Shown: piece by piece, positions 1 through 13,279 of the stretch
How positions within the stretch are numbered: position 1 is the first letter of the stretch
Layout: each line of letters starts with the position of its first letter
NCBI GenBank assembly: GCA_963755755.1
Contig: CAVWLJ010000009.1
Span: forward strand, 176,358 to 240,357
Reading direction: 5' to 3'
Source of the DNA: an uncultured Actinomycetota bacterium
Lineage (GTDB): Bacteria; Actinomycetota; Actinomycetes; Actinomycetales; Kineosporiaceae
DNA: 64,000 nucleotides
The notes under the pieces: model-generated
Seen by the model: only the letters and a program-made list of their open reading frames with translations
Told to the model about the DNA's origin: nothing
Database searches by the model: none
Translations under genes and position numbers: made by a program

Positions 1-1148
1 CAGGGACGCGGCCAGCGCGGCACGCAGGGACGCCGGGGTCGCGGGGTCGGCGAGGGCCTGGCTCACCGGCCACACCGTGTAGGGACCGATCTGGCAGTAG
101 GTCGCGGTGATCGTCACCTTGTCGGCCACCCAACGGCGGCTGCGACGGACGACGTGCACGCTGACGATGGCGCCGTCCTGCGTCTGCGGTTTCAGGCCGG
201 CGGCGGGGGACTGGTTCGACAGCAGGTTGCCCATGCCGAAGACGACGTACTTGGAACCGATCCGCTCGACCGGCTGCTGGACGTGCACGTGGTCGCCGAG
301 GATGAGGTCGACGTACGGCGACGCCAGCAGCGCTCTGGCCTGCGCGAGCTGGGTGGAGGTGGGCGCGGACCGGTACTCCTGCCCCCAGTGCAGGGACACC
401 ACGACGAAGGTGGCGCCGGAGGCCCGGGCGCGGCGGGCGTCCGCGAGGATCCGGGACACCGAGGTGATGTTCACCGACCACGGGGCGGCGGACGGCACCG
501 CGGATCCCGTTGGTGCCGTACGTGTAGGACAGCTGCGCGACGACCGCCCCCTTGACGACGGTGGAGCTCGATCCGCTGGGCCTCGTCCGCCGAGCGTGCG
601 GTGCCCGCGTGTGCCAGGTGGTTCGCGTCGAGCGCACGGAGCGTGTCCCGGACGCCGGAGACGCCCCGGTCGACGGAGTGGTTCGAGGCGGTCGAGCAGC
701 CGTCGTAGCCGGCCCAGGCGACCGCGTCGGCGAGCTCGTGCGGGGTGTTGAAGACCGGGTATCCGCTGATGTTCCGGTCGTTCGCGGAGAGCGGCGTCTC
801 GATGTGGCAGATCGCCAGGTCCGCCCCGGCGATGATCGGGCCGCACCTTGGTGAGCATCGACCGGAAGTCGTAGCGCCGGCCGCCGCCCTGGGCGAGGGC
901 GCGGTTCGCGACGGGCTTGTGGATCAGCAGGTCACCCGTCGCGACGAGGGTGAACGCGTCCGGGGAGTCCGCCTGCGCCGCGCCGGCCGGGCGAGGGCGC
1001 GGACGACGGGGACGCCGACGCGGAGGCCGAGAGGCGTGACGGACGAGGTGGCGGCGACGGGGTGGCCCGTGGACGTCGTCGAGCACGCCGCGAGCGCGAC
1101 GGCGGCGAGGGCGACGACTGCCGGGGCGCGACCCCGTCGGCGGTTCAC
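1..1148 (-). CDS. CapA-family (PGA_cap) metallophosphatase-like lipoprotein; 3' end runs off the window; frame broken several times in this sequence
   Basis: Reverse-strand translation from GTG 1148 gives the signal/lipobox RRRGRAPAVVALAAVALAAC. It then gives FTLVATGDLLIHKPV, ICHIETPLS, CSTASNHSVD and ATFVVVSLHWGQEY (about nt 370-410). The pieces lie in successive frames. Confidence 0.6.
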
Positions 1149-1213
1149 GGCAGCAGGATGCCCGAGACGTCGCCGCGGTTGACAGCGGGAGCGCCGGGAC
1201 CCGCCGGAGTCCG

Positions 1214-2380
1214 TCAGCCCACCCACTGCCCTTGGGTGAAGGCGACCACCCCGGCCGCCGCCAGCGGGACGGCGAGCGTGAGATACGCGGCGTGCACCCA
1301 GCGGTACCGCGCCGCGGCCACCGCCAGGAGGATCCACAGCGGCCACCACACCAGCGTGGCCGCGCGCGACGGACGCGTAGAACGAGGACGTCGCCAGCGC
1401 GGCCACCTGCCCGCCGACGTAGACCGCCTCGCCCCAGTCGCGCCGCACGAGGAGCACGACGGTGAGGGCGGCGCCGACGGCGAGCGCCACGATCTCGACG
1501 CCGAAGGACCAGGCGAACGCCGACGGCTGGGCCGGATCACCCGCCGCGTGCCAGGTGGTGAGGAACGACGTCCAGGGCAGCTCGAGGTGCCGGCCGAAGG
1601 CGTCGGCCTCGACGTGCTGCCAGGCGAGCCAGTCGCCGGTGATCGCATGCAGGTAGACGGAGAACGCGGCGATCCCGGCCCAGGGCAGCAACAGCGCGGG
1701 CAGGGTGCGCCACCGCCGGCCCTCGGCGTCAGTGAACCACTGCACGACGAGGGCGACGCCGAGGAACGCGCCCGTGATCCGGACCGTGCCGGCCAGGCCG
1801 GCGAGGGTTCCCGCGAGCAGCCAGCGCCGTTGCCGCGCCGCGAGCCACGAGCCCACCGCCAGGGCGAGGAACAGCGTCTCGGAGTACCCGGCGAACAGGA
1901 ACACGGCGAACGGGGAGACGACCAGGTAGAGCACCGCTCGCGACCCGACGGCGTCCCCGTGGTCCCGGGCCGCGAGCCGCGCCATCGCGGTGACGGCGAA
2001 CCCTCCCGCGACCAGCGAGACCAGCAGACCGGCGGCCGCCCAGTTCGCCGTGACGAGGTGGGCCAGCCGCAGCGCGATCGGCTCGCCGGGGAAGAACGCG
2101 GCGGTGCCGGTGTCCGGGTAGTAGCGCGGATAGCCCTGGTAGCCGAACTCGCCGATCTTGGCGAAGACGACGACGTCCCAGCGGTACCAGAGGTCGAGGA
2201 AGCCCGGGACGCGGCCGGCCGTCGTGCGGCGCCAGGGTCCAGGCCGAGGCGACGGTCAGCACGACGACGGCGACCCGGCTCAGCAGCCAGATCGCGAGCG
2301 GCTCCCAGCGCGGCGGCCCGCGAACGACTCCCCGGCGCCCTCCTCCTCGGGGACCTCCGGCACGACCACCGTCGACGCTC
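1214..2380 (-). CDS. Polytopic membrane glycosyl/mannosyltransferase-like protein (PIG-V/GT-C-like); two frame breaks (~2220, ~1360); start approximate
   Basis: Hydrophobic segments span three frames: [28 protein letters not shown]; [22 protein letters not shown]...[22 protein letters not shown]; [20 protein letters not shown]...stop at 1214. Confidence 0.45.
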   Translation of the reverse strand, partial: ERRRWSCRRSPRRRAPGSRSRAAALGAARDLAAEPGRRRRADRRLGLDPGAARRPAASRASSTSGTAGTSSSSPRSASSATRAIRATTRTPAPPRSSPASRSRCGWPTSSRRTGRPPVCWSRWSREGSPSPRWRGSRPGTTGTPSGRERCSTWSSPRSPCSCSPGTPRRCSSPWRWARGSRRGNGAGCSREPSPAWPARSGSRARSSASPSSCSGSLTPRAGGGAPCPRCCCPGPGSPRSPSTCMRSPATGSPGSTSRPTPSAGTSSCPGRRSSPPGTRRVIRPSRRRSPGPSASRSWRSPSAPPSPSCSSCGATGARRSTSAGRWPRWRRPRSTRPSRAATLVWWPLWILLAVAAARYRWVHAAYLTLAVPLAAAGVVAFTQGQWVG

Positions 2381-2617
2381 CCGACACCAGCGCTCCCTCT
2401 CGTCGACGGCAGGCCCGCGGGCCCATCCTCGCGGATGCGCGCGGTTCGCCGCGCCCGTCGGTGTTCCTGCCCGTGTCGCGGCGCGAACCGCCTCGGACGC
2501 TCCGGGCGACGCGCTAATGTCGAGGAGACCTGCGCGCGCCCCCCGCATCCGAACGCCGGCGCCCGACCAGCGGGAACGACCGGCCGCATCCGGCGCCGTG
2601 TGAGGAGAGCCCCTGAC

Positions 2618-5600
2618 GTGCACCTGAAGACCCTGACCATGCGAGGCTTCAAGTCGTTCGCGTCCGCGACGACACTGCGCCTGGAGCCCGGCATCACGTG
2701 CGTGGTCGGGCCGAACGGGTCGGGGAAGTCCAACGTCGTCGACGCGCTCAGCTGGGTGATGGGCGAGCAGGGCGCCAAGAGCCTGCGCGGCGGCAAGATG
2801 GAGGACGTCATCTTCGCCGGCACCGCCGGCCGCCCGCCGCTCGGTCGCGCCGAGGTCAGCCTCACCATCGACAACACCGACGGCGCCCTGCCGATCGACT
2901 ACGCCGAGGTGACGATCTCGCGGACCATGTTCCGCTCCGGCGGCTCGGACTACGCGATCAACGGCAGCCCCTGCCGCCTGCTCGACATCCAGGAGCTGCT
3001 CTCCGACTCCGGCATCGGCCGTGAGATGCACGTCATCGTCGGGCAGGGCCAGCTGGACGCCGTCCTGCACGCGAGCCCGGAGGAGCGCCGGGCGTTCATC
3101 GAGGAGGCCGCCGGCGTCCTCAAGCACCGCAAGCGCAAGGAGAAGGCGCTCCGCAAGCTCGACGCGATGCAGGCGAACCTGACCCGGCTCTCCGACCTCA
3201 CCGCCGAGATCCGGCGCCAGCTGAAGCCCCTGGGCCGCCAGGCCGAGGTCGCCCGGCGCGCCCAGGTCGTGCAGGCGGACCTGCGCGACGCCAAGGCCAC
3301 GGCTGCTCGCCGACGACCTCGTGCAGCTCGTCACGACCCTCGACAAGGAGGTCGCCGACGAGGCCGCGCTGCGCGCCCGGCGCGCCGAGGTGGAGGAGCA
3401 GCTCGCCACCGCCCGGCACCGGCTGGCGGAGCTGGAGGACGCCGCCGCGGCCGCCTCACCTCAGCACGCGCGCGCCCAGGAGACCTGGTACCGGCTCTCC
3501 AGCCTGCGCGAACGCGTCCGCGGCACGGCGTCCCTCGCCGCCGACCGCCGCCGTCTGCTCGCGGACATGATCGAGCGAGGGCCGGAACGCCCGAGCGGCC
3601 GCGATCCGGAGGAGCTCGCCGCCCAGGCGCGCGCCGTCCGGGAGCAGGAGGCCGCCCTGGCCGAGGCGGTGGCCACGGCACGCGAGACGCTCGCGGACGC
3701 CGTCGACGCGCGGCACGAGGCCGAGCAGGCCGAGGGCGAGGAGGAGCGGCGGATCAGTGCCCTGCTCCGCGCCGCCGCCGACCGCCGCGAGGGCCTTGCC
3801 CGGCTCGCCGGCCAGGTGGCGGCCCGCAGGAGCCGGGTCGAGGCCGGCCAGGAACAGGTCGACCGGCTGCACGGCCAGATCGCAGACGCCGACCAGCGCG
3901 CCGCCGCCGCTCAGGGCGAGCTGGCCGCGCTCGAGGCGGACGTCGCGGGCGACGAGCCCGCCGGCGAGGACCTCGGCGCCGAGCACGAGGCCGCCGCGGC
4001 GGATTTGGCCGACCGGGACGCCGACCTCGCGGACGCCGTCGCCGAGGAGCGCGCCGCCGAGCAGGAGCGGGCCACGTGGACGGCGCGCCGTGAGGCGCTC
4101 GAGCTCGGCCTCAAGCGCAAGGACGGCGCGGGCGCATTGCTCGCCGCGGGGGACCGGCTGCCGGGGCTGCTCGGCTCGGTGGCCGCGCTGCTCGCGGTCG
4201 AGCCCGGCTACGAGAACGCGCTCGCCGCCGCGCTCGGCCTCGCCGCGGACGCCGTGGCCGTCGAGACGCCGGCGGCCGCCCTCGACGCGCTGCGGCTGCT
4301 CAAGACCGAGGACGCCGGTCAGGCCGGGGCGCTCGTCGCCGGATCACCGTCCTCGACGCTGCTCGCCGATCCGGCCGGCCCGCCGCCGGCGCCCGGGGCA
4401 CGCTGGGCGCGGGCGCTCGTGCAGGTGCCGGCCGCGCTCGGCGCCACGCTGGACCGCCTGCTCGACGGTGTCGCCGTCGTCCCGGACCTCGACGCGGCCG
4501 CCGACCTCGTCGCCACCCAGCCGGTCCTGACGGCGGTCACGCTCGAGGGAGACGTCGTCGGCGCGGGGCTCGTCCGCGGCGGATCGGCGTCCGCGCCGTC
4601 CCTGCTGGAGGTCCAGGCCGCCGTCGACGAGGCCGCCGACCAGATCGCCGCGGCCGACCGCCGGGTCGAGAAGGCGCTGGCGGCGCTGGCCTCCACCCGG
4701 GAGCGGCGCAGCGCCGCGGAGGGCAGGCTCTCCGCGGTCGCCGAGCGCCGCCAGGCCGCGGAGGTGCGGCGCAGCTCCGTCGCCGTCCAGCTCGGCCAGC
4801 TCGACTCGACCGCCCGCGCGGCGATCGCCGAGGTCGAGCGGCTGCGGTCCGGCCTGGGCGCCGCCGAGGAGGCGCTCGACACGGACCGGATCGCCCTCGA
4901 GGAGCTCGCCGAGCGGCTGGACCTGGCCCAGGAGCAGGACGCCGACGGCGACGAGCCCTCGACGCAGGAGCGCGACCGGCTCGCCGCGGCGTCCACCGCC
5001 GCACGCGCCGCGGAGATGGAGGCGCGGCTCGCGCTGCGCACAGCGGAGGAACGCGCCCGGGCCCTGGCCGGTCGCGCCGAGCAGCTCGAGCGCGCCGCCG
5101 AGACCGAGCGCCAGGAGCGGGCCCGCGCCGTGGCGCGCGAGGAGCGCCGCAAGCGGCAGATCGAGGCCGCGAAGGCGGTGCTCGGCCGGCGCCCAGTACA
5201 CCCTCGCCGTGCTCGAGGCCGCCCTGCAGGAGGCCGAGGAGGCACGGGCCGCGGCGGACGCCGAGCGCGTCGAGCGCGAGCGCGAACTCGCCACCGTCCG
5301 CCGCCGGGTGCAGGAGCTGGTCGAGGAGCAGGCCCGGCTCACCGACGTCGTCCACCGCGACGAGGTGGCCCGGGCCGAGCAGCGGATGCGGATCGACGCG
5401 TTGCGCAGCCGCAGCGTCGAGGAGCTCGGCATCGACCCCGAGGCGCTGGTCGACGAGTACGGTCCGGACCAGCCGGTGCCCCCGTCGCCGCCCCTGCCGG
5501 GCGAGGCCGACGACCACGGGCCCGAGCCGCAGGTGGCCGTGCCGTTCGTCCGGGCGCAGCAGGAGAAGCGGCTGCGCGCGGCCGAGCGGGCGTTGCAGCT

Positions 5601-6210
5601 GCTCGGCACGGTCAACCCGCTGGCGCTCGAGGAGTTCGCCGCGCTCGAGGAGCGGCACCGGTTCCTCACCACGCAGCTGGAGGACCTCAAGGCGTCGCGG
5701 CGCGACCTGCTGGACATCGTCAAGGAGGTCGACGAGCGCGTCGAGCAGGTCTTCACCGAGGCGTTCCACGACACGGCACGCGAGTTCGAGAAGGTCTTCG
5801 AGCGGCTCTTCCCGGGTGGCGAGGGGCGGCTCGTGCTCACCGACCCGTCCGACATGCTGGCGACCGGGCTGGACGTCGAGGCGCGGCCGCCCGGCAAGAA
5901 GGTCAAGCGGTTGTCGCTGCTGTCGGGCGGGGAGCGGTCCCTCACCGCGGTGGCGCTGCTGGTGGCGATCTTCAAGGCGCGCCCGAGCCCGTTCTACGTG
6001 ATGGACGAGGTCGAGGCCGCCCTCGACGACACCAACCTGGGCCGGCTGATCACGCTGTTCGAGGAGCTGCGCGAGACGAGCCAGCTGATCGTCATCACGC
6101 ACCAGAAGCGGACCATGGAGGTCGCCGACGCCCTCTACGGCGTGACGATGCGCGGCGACGGCGTCACCACGGTCATCTCCCAGCGGATCCGGGAGGACCA
6201 GCCCGCCTGA
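2618..6210 (+). CDS. smc: Chromosome segregation protein SMC (two +1 frame breaks, ~3299 and ~5190)
   Basis: GTG 2618 gives [15 protein letters not shown]. Walker A is GPNGSGKSN. Long Ala/Glu/Arg coiled coils follow. The C-terminus has LSGGERSL and [12 protein letters not shown]. The gene is read across ORFs 2435.., 3321.. and 5209..6210. Confidence 0.95.
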
Positions 6211-6310
6211 CCTCGCCGCTGACCGCCGCCGACCGGCGCGGACACGTGCGGACAGGGACTCACAGGTCCGACGACTTGCTCATGACAGCTGCTCTTGTCA
6301 GGGTTGAGGC

Positions 6311-6481
6311 ATGTTGTGGGTGATTGTGACCTTCGTCGTCCTTCTTGCCGTCTCTGTTCTGATCATCGCCGCCGTCGCCGTCCCGCGCCTGCGCCAGGAG
6401 GGGTACCAGCTGATCCCGGCGCGCGGCGAGGAGGCCCTGCGCGAGGCGAGGGCACGGCTGACCAACACCTCCCGGCGCTGA
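6311..6481 (+). CDS. Small hypothetical single-pass membrane protein (56 aa, below the ORF-track cutoff)
   Basis: ATG 6311 gives MLWVIVTFVVLLAVSVLIIAAVAVPRLRQEGYQLIPARGEEALREARARLTNTSRR, with TGA ending at 6481. One clear TM helix is followed by a basic tail. No homology call is possible. Confidence 0.3.
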   Translation: MLWVIVTFVVLLAVSVLIIAAVAVPRLRQEGYQLIPARGEEALREARARLTNTSRR

Positions 6482-6518
6482 CGCCCGGGGACGCCGGCAC
6501 CGGGCTCCGACCGGCGGC

Positions 6519-8964
6519 TCAGCGGGTGCCGGCGCGGGCGCGGAGCATCCGCCGCACCTCGTCGGCCCGCTCCCGGACGGTCTGGCGCACGACGGGGGAG
6601 GTCCCGGCCCCCGCCTCGACGACCCGGTCGACCTCGGGCGCTCCGGCGCCGACCACCGGGAAGAGCGCCGACGCCAGGACCATGGCGCGGATCATGCCCC
6701 CGCGGTCGAAGCCCGGCAGCAGCGCCGCGTACCGCTCGGCGTAGGGCGCGAGGAGCCGCTCCTGATCGGGCCGCCAGAAGGCGCTCGCCACCTCCCGGAA
6801 GGCGCCCAGCGGCACCGTCGGGTCCTCGGTCAGCCGCGTCCACACGGCCTCCTTCGCCGCGCCGTCGGCCACGGCGGCGCGGACGGCGAGCGCGCGGGCT
6901 CCGGCGTCCGGGTCCGGGTCCTCCGCGCGCAGCGCCTCGACCTCGGCGTCCACCGCGGCACCGAGCTCGGCCCGGCGGATCAGGGTGCGCCACCGCAGGT
7001 CGACGTCCGCGTCGCCGCCGGCCGCGAGCCTCGCGAGCTCGTCGGCGTCCGCGGCGGTGCGGGCGAGGGCGCGCAGGGCCACGCGCCGGCGCCCCGGGTC
7101 CGCGGCGAGCTCCCGGCAGGTCTGCGCGATCTCCGCCTGCAGCGCCTGCCGCGTGCCCGACGGCGCCCACAGCTCCGCCACCTGCCCGGCCAGCCGGAGG
7201 TAGGGCTCCAGCACGGTCTCCGCGGTCTCCGCGCGCAGGACGCCGAGGAGGCTGCGGACCATCTCCTCGGGGCCCGCGTCGCCGGCGACCAGCATGTCCC
7301 AGGCGGTCGCGACGGCGACGCCGCGCGAGATCGCGGAGGGCAGTTGACCCGCCTGCGCCAGCAGCCGGTCGCGGCTCGCGGGCTCCGGCCGGACGACGGC
7401 AAAGGTCAGGTCCTCGTCGTTGACGAGCAGGATCTCGGCGTCGGCAGGGAGCGGTACCGGCGTCCGCGGCCCGTCGACCGCGACCTCGACGAGGGCCTCG
7501 CGCCGCAGGCCGTTCCCCTCGGACCGGTACGCGCCGACCGCCAGGGTGTGCGGCCGCGGCGGGCCGCCTTGCGGTCCACGGGCCACCAGCACGAGGCCGT
7601 CGCCGTCGCGCTCCAACGTCAGGCGGTCGGTGCCGGCCGTCTCCAGCCAGCCCGCCCGCCAGGCGGCCAGATCTCGGCCAGCGGTCGCGGCCAGGGTGCC
7701 GACGAGGTCCTCCAGGCTGGCGTTCCCCCAGGCGTAGCGGCGGAAGTAGGCGGTCATGCCGGCCTCGAACACCGGTTCGCCGAGGTGGACCATGAGCTGG
7801 CGCAGCACCGACGCGCCCTTGGGATAGGTGATGGCGTCGAAGATCGAGGCAGCCTGCGCGACGTCCGCGATCGGCTGGCGGATGGGGTGCGACGTCGGCC
7901 CCTGGTCGGCGAGGTACGCCTCGAGCTTCTCCCCGGCGAGGTGGCCCGCCCAGGCCTGCGGTGTAGGCGGTGGCCCGGGTCGCGGCCCAGTTGCAGGCGA
8001 GCTCGGCGAAGGCCTCGTTGAGCCAGAGGTCGTCCCACCAGCGCATCGTGACGATGTTGCCGAACCACATGTGGGCCATCTCGTGCAGCAGGATCTTGGC
8101 GAACAGCTCGCGCTCGGCCCCGGTCGGCTCCGACCGCCGCAGCAGTGCGTCCGACCAGGTCACGCATCCGTAGTTCTCCATCGCGCCGCCGAACTCCGGC
8201 ACGAACACCTGGTCGTAGCGCCGCTGCGGGAACGGCATCCCGAACACCTCGCCGAAGAACTCCAGGCCCTGCGCCGTGACCCTGAAGATCTCGTCGGCGT
8301 CCCGGTCGAGGACGTGGGCCAGCGAGCGACGGGCGTACAGCCGCAGGTCGTGCCCGCCGGCCTCGCGCCTGCGCTCGTGGAAGGGCCCGGCGTTGACGAC
8401 GGTGTTGTAGGTCGACAGCGGCGGCGTCGGCGGGAAGGTCCAGCGGCGGCTCCCGCCCAGGTCCTCGACGCCCGCGTCGCAGGTGTTGCTCGTGACGGTC
8501 CACGCGGCCGGCGCGGTGACCGTGAAGGCGTGCACTGCCTTGAGGTCGGGCTGGTCGAAGCAGGCCCAGACGAAGCGTGCCTCGTCCGGTTCGAACGACG
8601 TCCACAGGTAGACCTCGCCGTCGGCCGGGTCCACGGCGCGATGGACGCCGGGGCCGCTGCTGGTCTCCGCCTGCTCGGTCTCGACCCGCAGGGTGTGCCG
8701 GCCGCCCAGCCCCGCGAGCCGGATCCGCCCCTGCGCTGCGGCCGGCAGCGGCTCGCCGTCCAGCGTGGCGGAGAGCACGTCGGCGGCGCAGTCGACGAAG
8801 GTCTCGGCGTCCGTCCCGCGGCAGGTGAAGGTGACGGTCGAGACGCAGCGGACGCCGGGGCCGTCGGGCAGCGCGGTCAGGTCGACCTCGATGTCGTAAC
8901 GCTCGACCTCGAGCAGTGCGGCGCGCTCCTCGGCCTCGACCTGGGTGAGACTGGCGACCTGCAT
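6519..8964 (-). CDS. pepN: Aminopeptidase N (M1 family); one +1 frame break at ~7959
   Basis: MQVASLTQVEAEERAALLEVERYDIEVDL starts at 8964, preceded by GAGGAGGA. GGAMENYG, HEMAHMWFGN and WLNEAFA are present. The C-terminal half is ORF 6519..7808. Confidence 0.9.
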
Positions 8965-9089
8965 CGGTCCTCCTCGACCGGACGGGCGAGGACGACCCCC
9001 CGCGGAGTCGATCCTGTCACGGGCGTCCCGACGGGGAGCGGGGCCGGCGGCCCTCAGGCGGAGGCGGGCTCCGGGGTGGCGTCCGTCGG

Positions 9090-9915
9090 TCACCGAACGG
9101 CGGCGCGGAGGCCGCGACTCGGCCCGCATGACGCGCGCGAGATGGGCGTCGAAGGCGCCGCCCAACTCGTTCGCGGCCGGGCCGGGCCAGCGGTGGATCG
9201 GCATGCTGGCGCCCTGCGCCTGCTGGAGCGCGGAACGCTCGGGGATCGTCGGCGTGAGGACGAGCGGGCCGAACATGTCCGCGAGCTCGGTCACCCGGTA
9301 GCGGTGCTCGGGGGAGCGGTCGCGGTAGCGGTTGACCACGACCCCGAGGGGCTGCAACTCGGGTGCGATGGCGCGGCGGAGGTCGTCGATGGCGCGCAGG
9401 GCGCGGTCGGCCGCGGTGACGGAGAACAGCGCCGGCTCGGTGACCACCATGGCGCGGTTGCTGGCCACGAGCCCGGATCGGGTGAGGCCGCCGAACGACG
9501 GCGGGCAGTCGATGATGACGAGCCGGTAGTCGTCGCTCGTCCGGAGCGCCTGACCGAGGCGGGAGAGGGCGCGCTCCGTGGACCGGCGCCCGTCGTAGGC
9601 CGCGCTCTCGGCGGAGCCGGGGATGACGTCGAGCCGCTGGCCCTCCTGCACCCACCCGCTGGGGGTGACGGCGGCGTCGAACGTCTTGCGCCGGGGATTG
9701 CCGAGCAGCGTCGCGACGTCGACCTCCGCATCACCGGCGACGTCCAGGGCCAACGTGGCGTCGGCCTGCGGATCGAGGTCCACGACGAGCGTGGGCACCC
9801 CCTTGGCGAGAGCGGAGGAGGCCAGTCCGAGGGTGATGGAGGTCTTGCCGACCCCACCCTTCAAGCTGCACACGCTCACCACGATCACGCCCCCGACGCT
9901 ACCCGTTCGCGCCAT
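9090..9915 (-). CDS. ParA/MinD-family P-loop ATPase (orphan, no parB seen); 3' end uncertain
   Basis: SVCSLKGGVGKTSITLGLA (deviant Walker A), VVDLDPQADAT and LVIIDCPPSFG are present. In the given sequence the frame runs without a stop into pepN. The stop at 9090 lies in the next frame and is the end expected if a +1 error lies near 9100-9290. Confidence 0.7.
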
Positions 9916-10032
9916 GACCACGAGCCACGACCGGCCGAACGGTGAGGTGCCCCACTCGGCGCTCGCCGCGGCGGCCTCGCCCGGACGGCGAGCGACGGGC
10001 ACCGGTGGTAGATTCGGCTCAGCTGCAGACCT

Positions 10033-10163
10033 CGCACGGGAGAGCCCGTGCCGGCCGGAATCGGCCGACGTCGGGCGCCGAAGGGGCAATTCTCCCCGGA
10101 ACCTCTCAGGCGCCAGGACCGTGCGAGCGAGGCGACTCTGGAGAGCGAGGCTGCTCGACAGAG
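10033..10163 (+). promoter_or_regulatory. Glycine riboswitch: one complete aptamer (10033-10125) plus a short ghost-aptamer-like hairpin (10136-10163), 5' of gcvP
   Basis: The aptamer reads CGCACGGGAGAGCCCGUG...GGCGCCGAAGGGGCAAUUCUCCCCGGAACCUCUCAGGCGCCAGGACCGUGCG. It carries the conserved GGAGAG, CGCCGAAGGGGCAA and CUCAGGC..AGGAC blocks, closed by a CGCACGG/CCGUGCG P1. It is followed by CUCUGGAGAGCGAGGCUGCUCGACAGAG. Confidence 0.8.
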
Positions 10164-10227
10164 GGGGAGGCGACCGGCGGCCGCCGACGGATCAGCGGCC
10201 GCGAGCACGAGCCCCGGTGGAGCCTCC

Positions 10228-13168
<2,941 letters not shown>

Positions 13169-13180
13169 CCGCGCTTCTCA

Positions 13181-13271
13181 CCTGCGCTGATCATGCACCT
13201 CGCGGCGCCGATCGGCCGTGGACGGGCGCCGCGACGTGCATGATCGCCGCGAAGTGCATGATCAGCGCAGG
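13181..13271. repeat. GATC-rich palindromic intergenic element (diverged family member) between convergent gcvP and the GH13 gene
   Basis: CCTGCGCTGATCATGCAC (13181-13198) is the exact reverse complement of GTGCATGATCAGCGCAGG (13254-13271). An inner 10-bp stem is TCGCGGCGCC/GGCGCCGCGA. An extra GTGCATGATCGCCGCGAA unit is present. There are 4 GATC sites. Confidence 0.7.
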
Positions 13272-13279
13272 GTTGTGGG

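Noticed and set aside
1214-3409. 731-aa minus-strand ORF overlapping the smc 5' end and the glycosyltransferase gene
   Set aside because: Its translation is Arg/Ser/Pro/Ala low-complexity, typical of a shadow ORF in high-GC DNA. Only its last ~55 codons ([11 protein letters not shown]...) are real, as the C-terminus of the frameshifted membrane glycosyltransferase.
6298-10089. A 1263-aa ParA-PepN polyprotein
   Set aside because: pepN has its own SD (GAGGAGGA) and ATG at 8964. The linker is Arg/Pro junk. The C-terminal third of this ORF is out of frame with the real pepN. It is best explained by a missing stop plus the pepN frameshift.
10136-10227. A second full glycine aptamer (tandem riboswitch)
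   Set aside because: After CUCUGGAGAG the helix closes after one hairpin. The CGCCGAAGGGGCAA and CUCAGGC blocks are absent, with only a weak CGCCGACGGAUCA resemblance.
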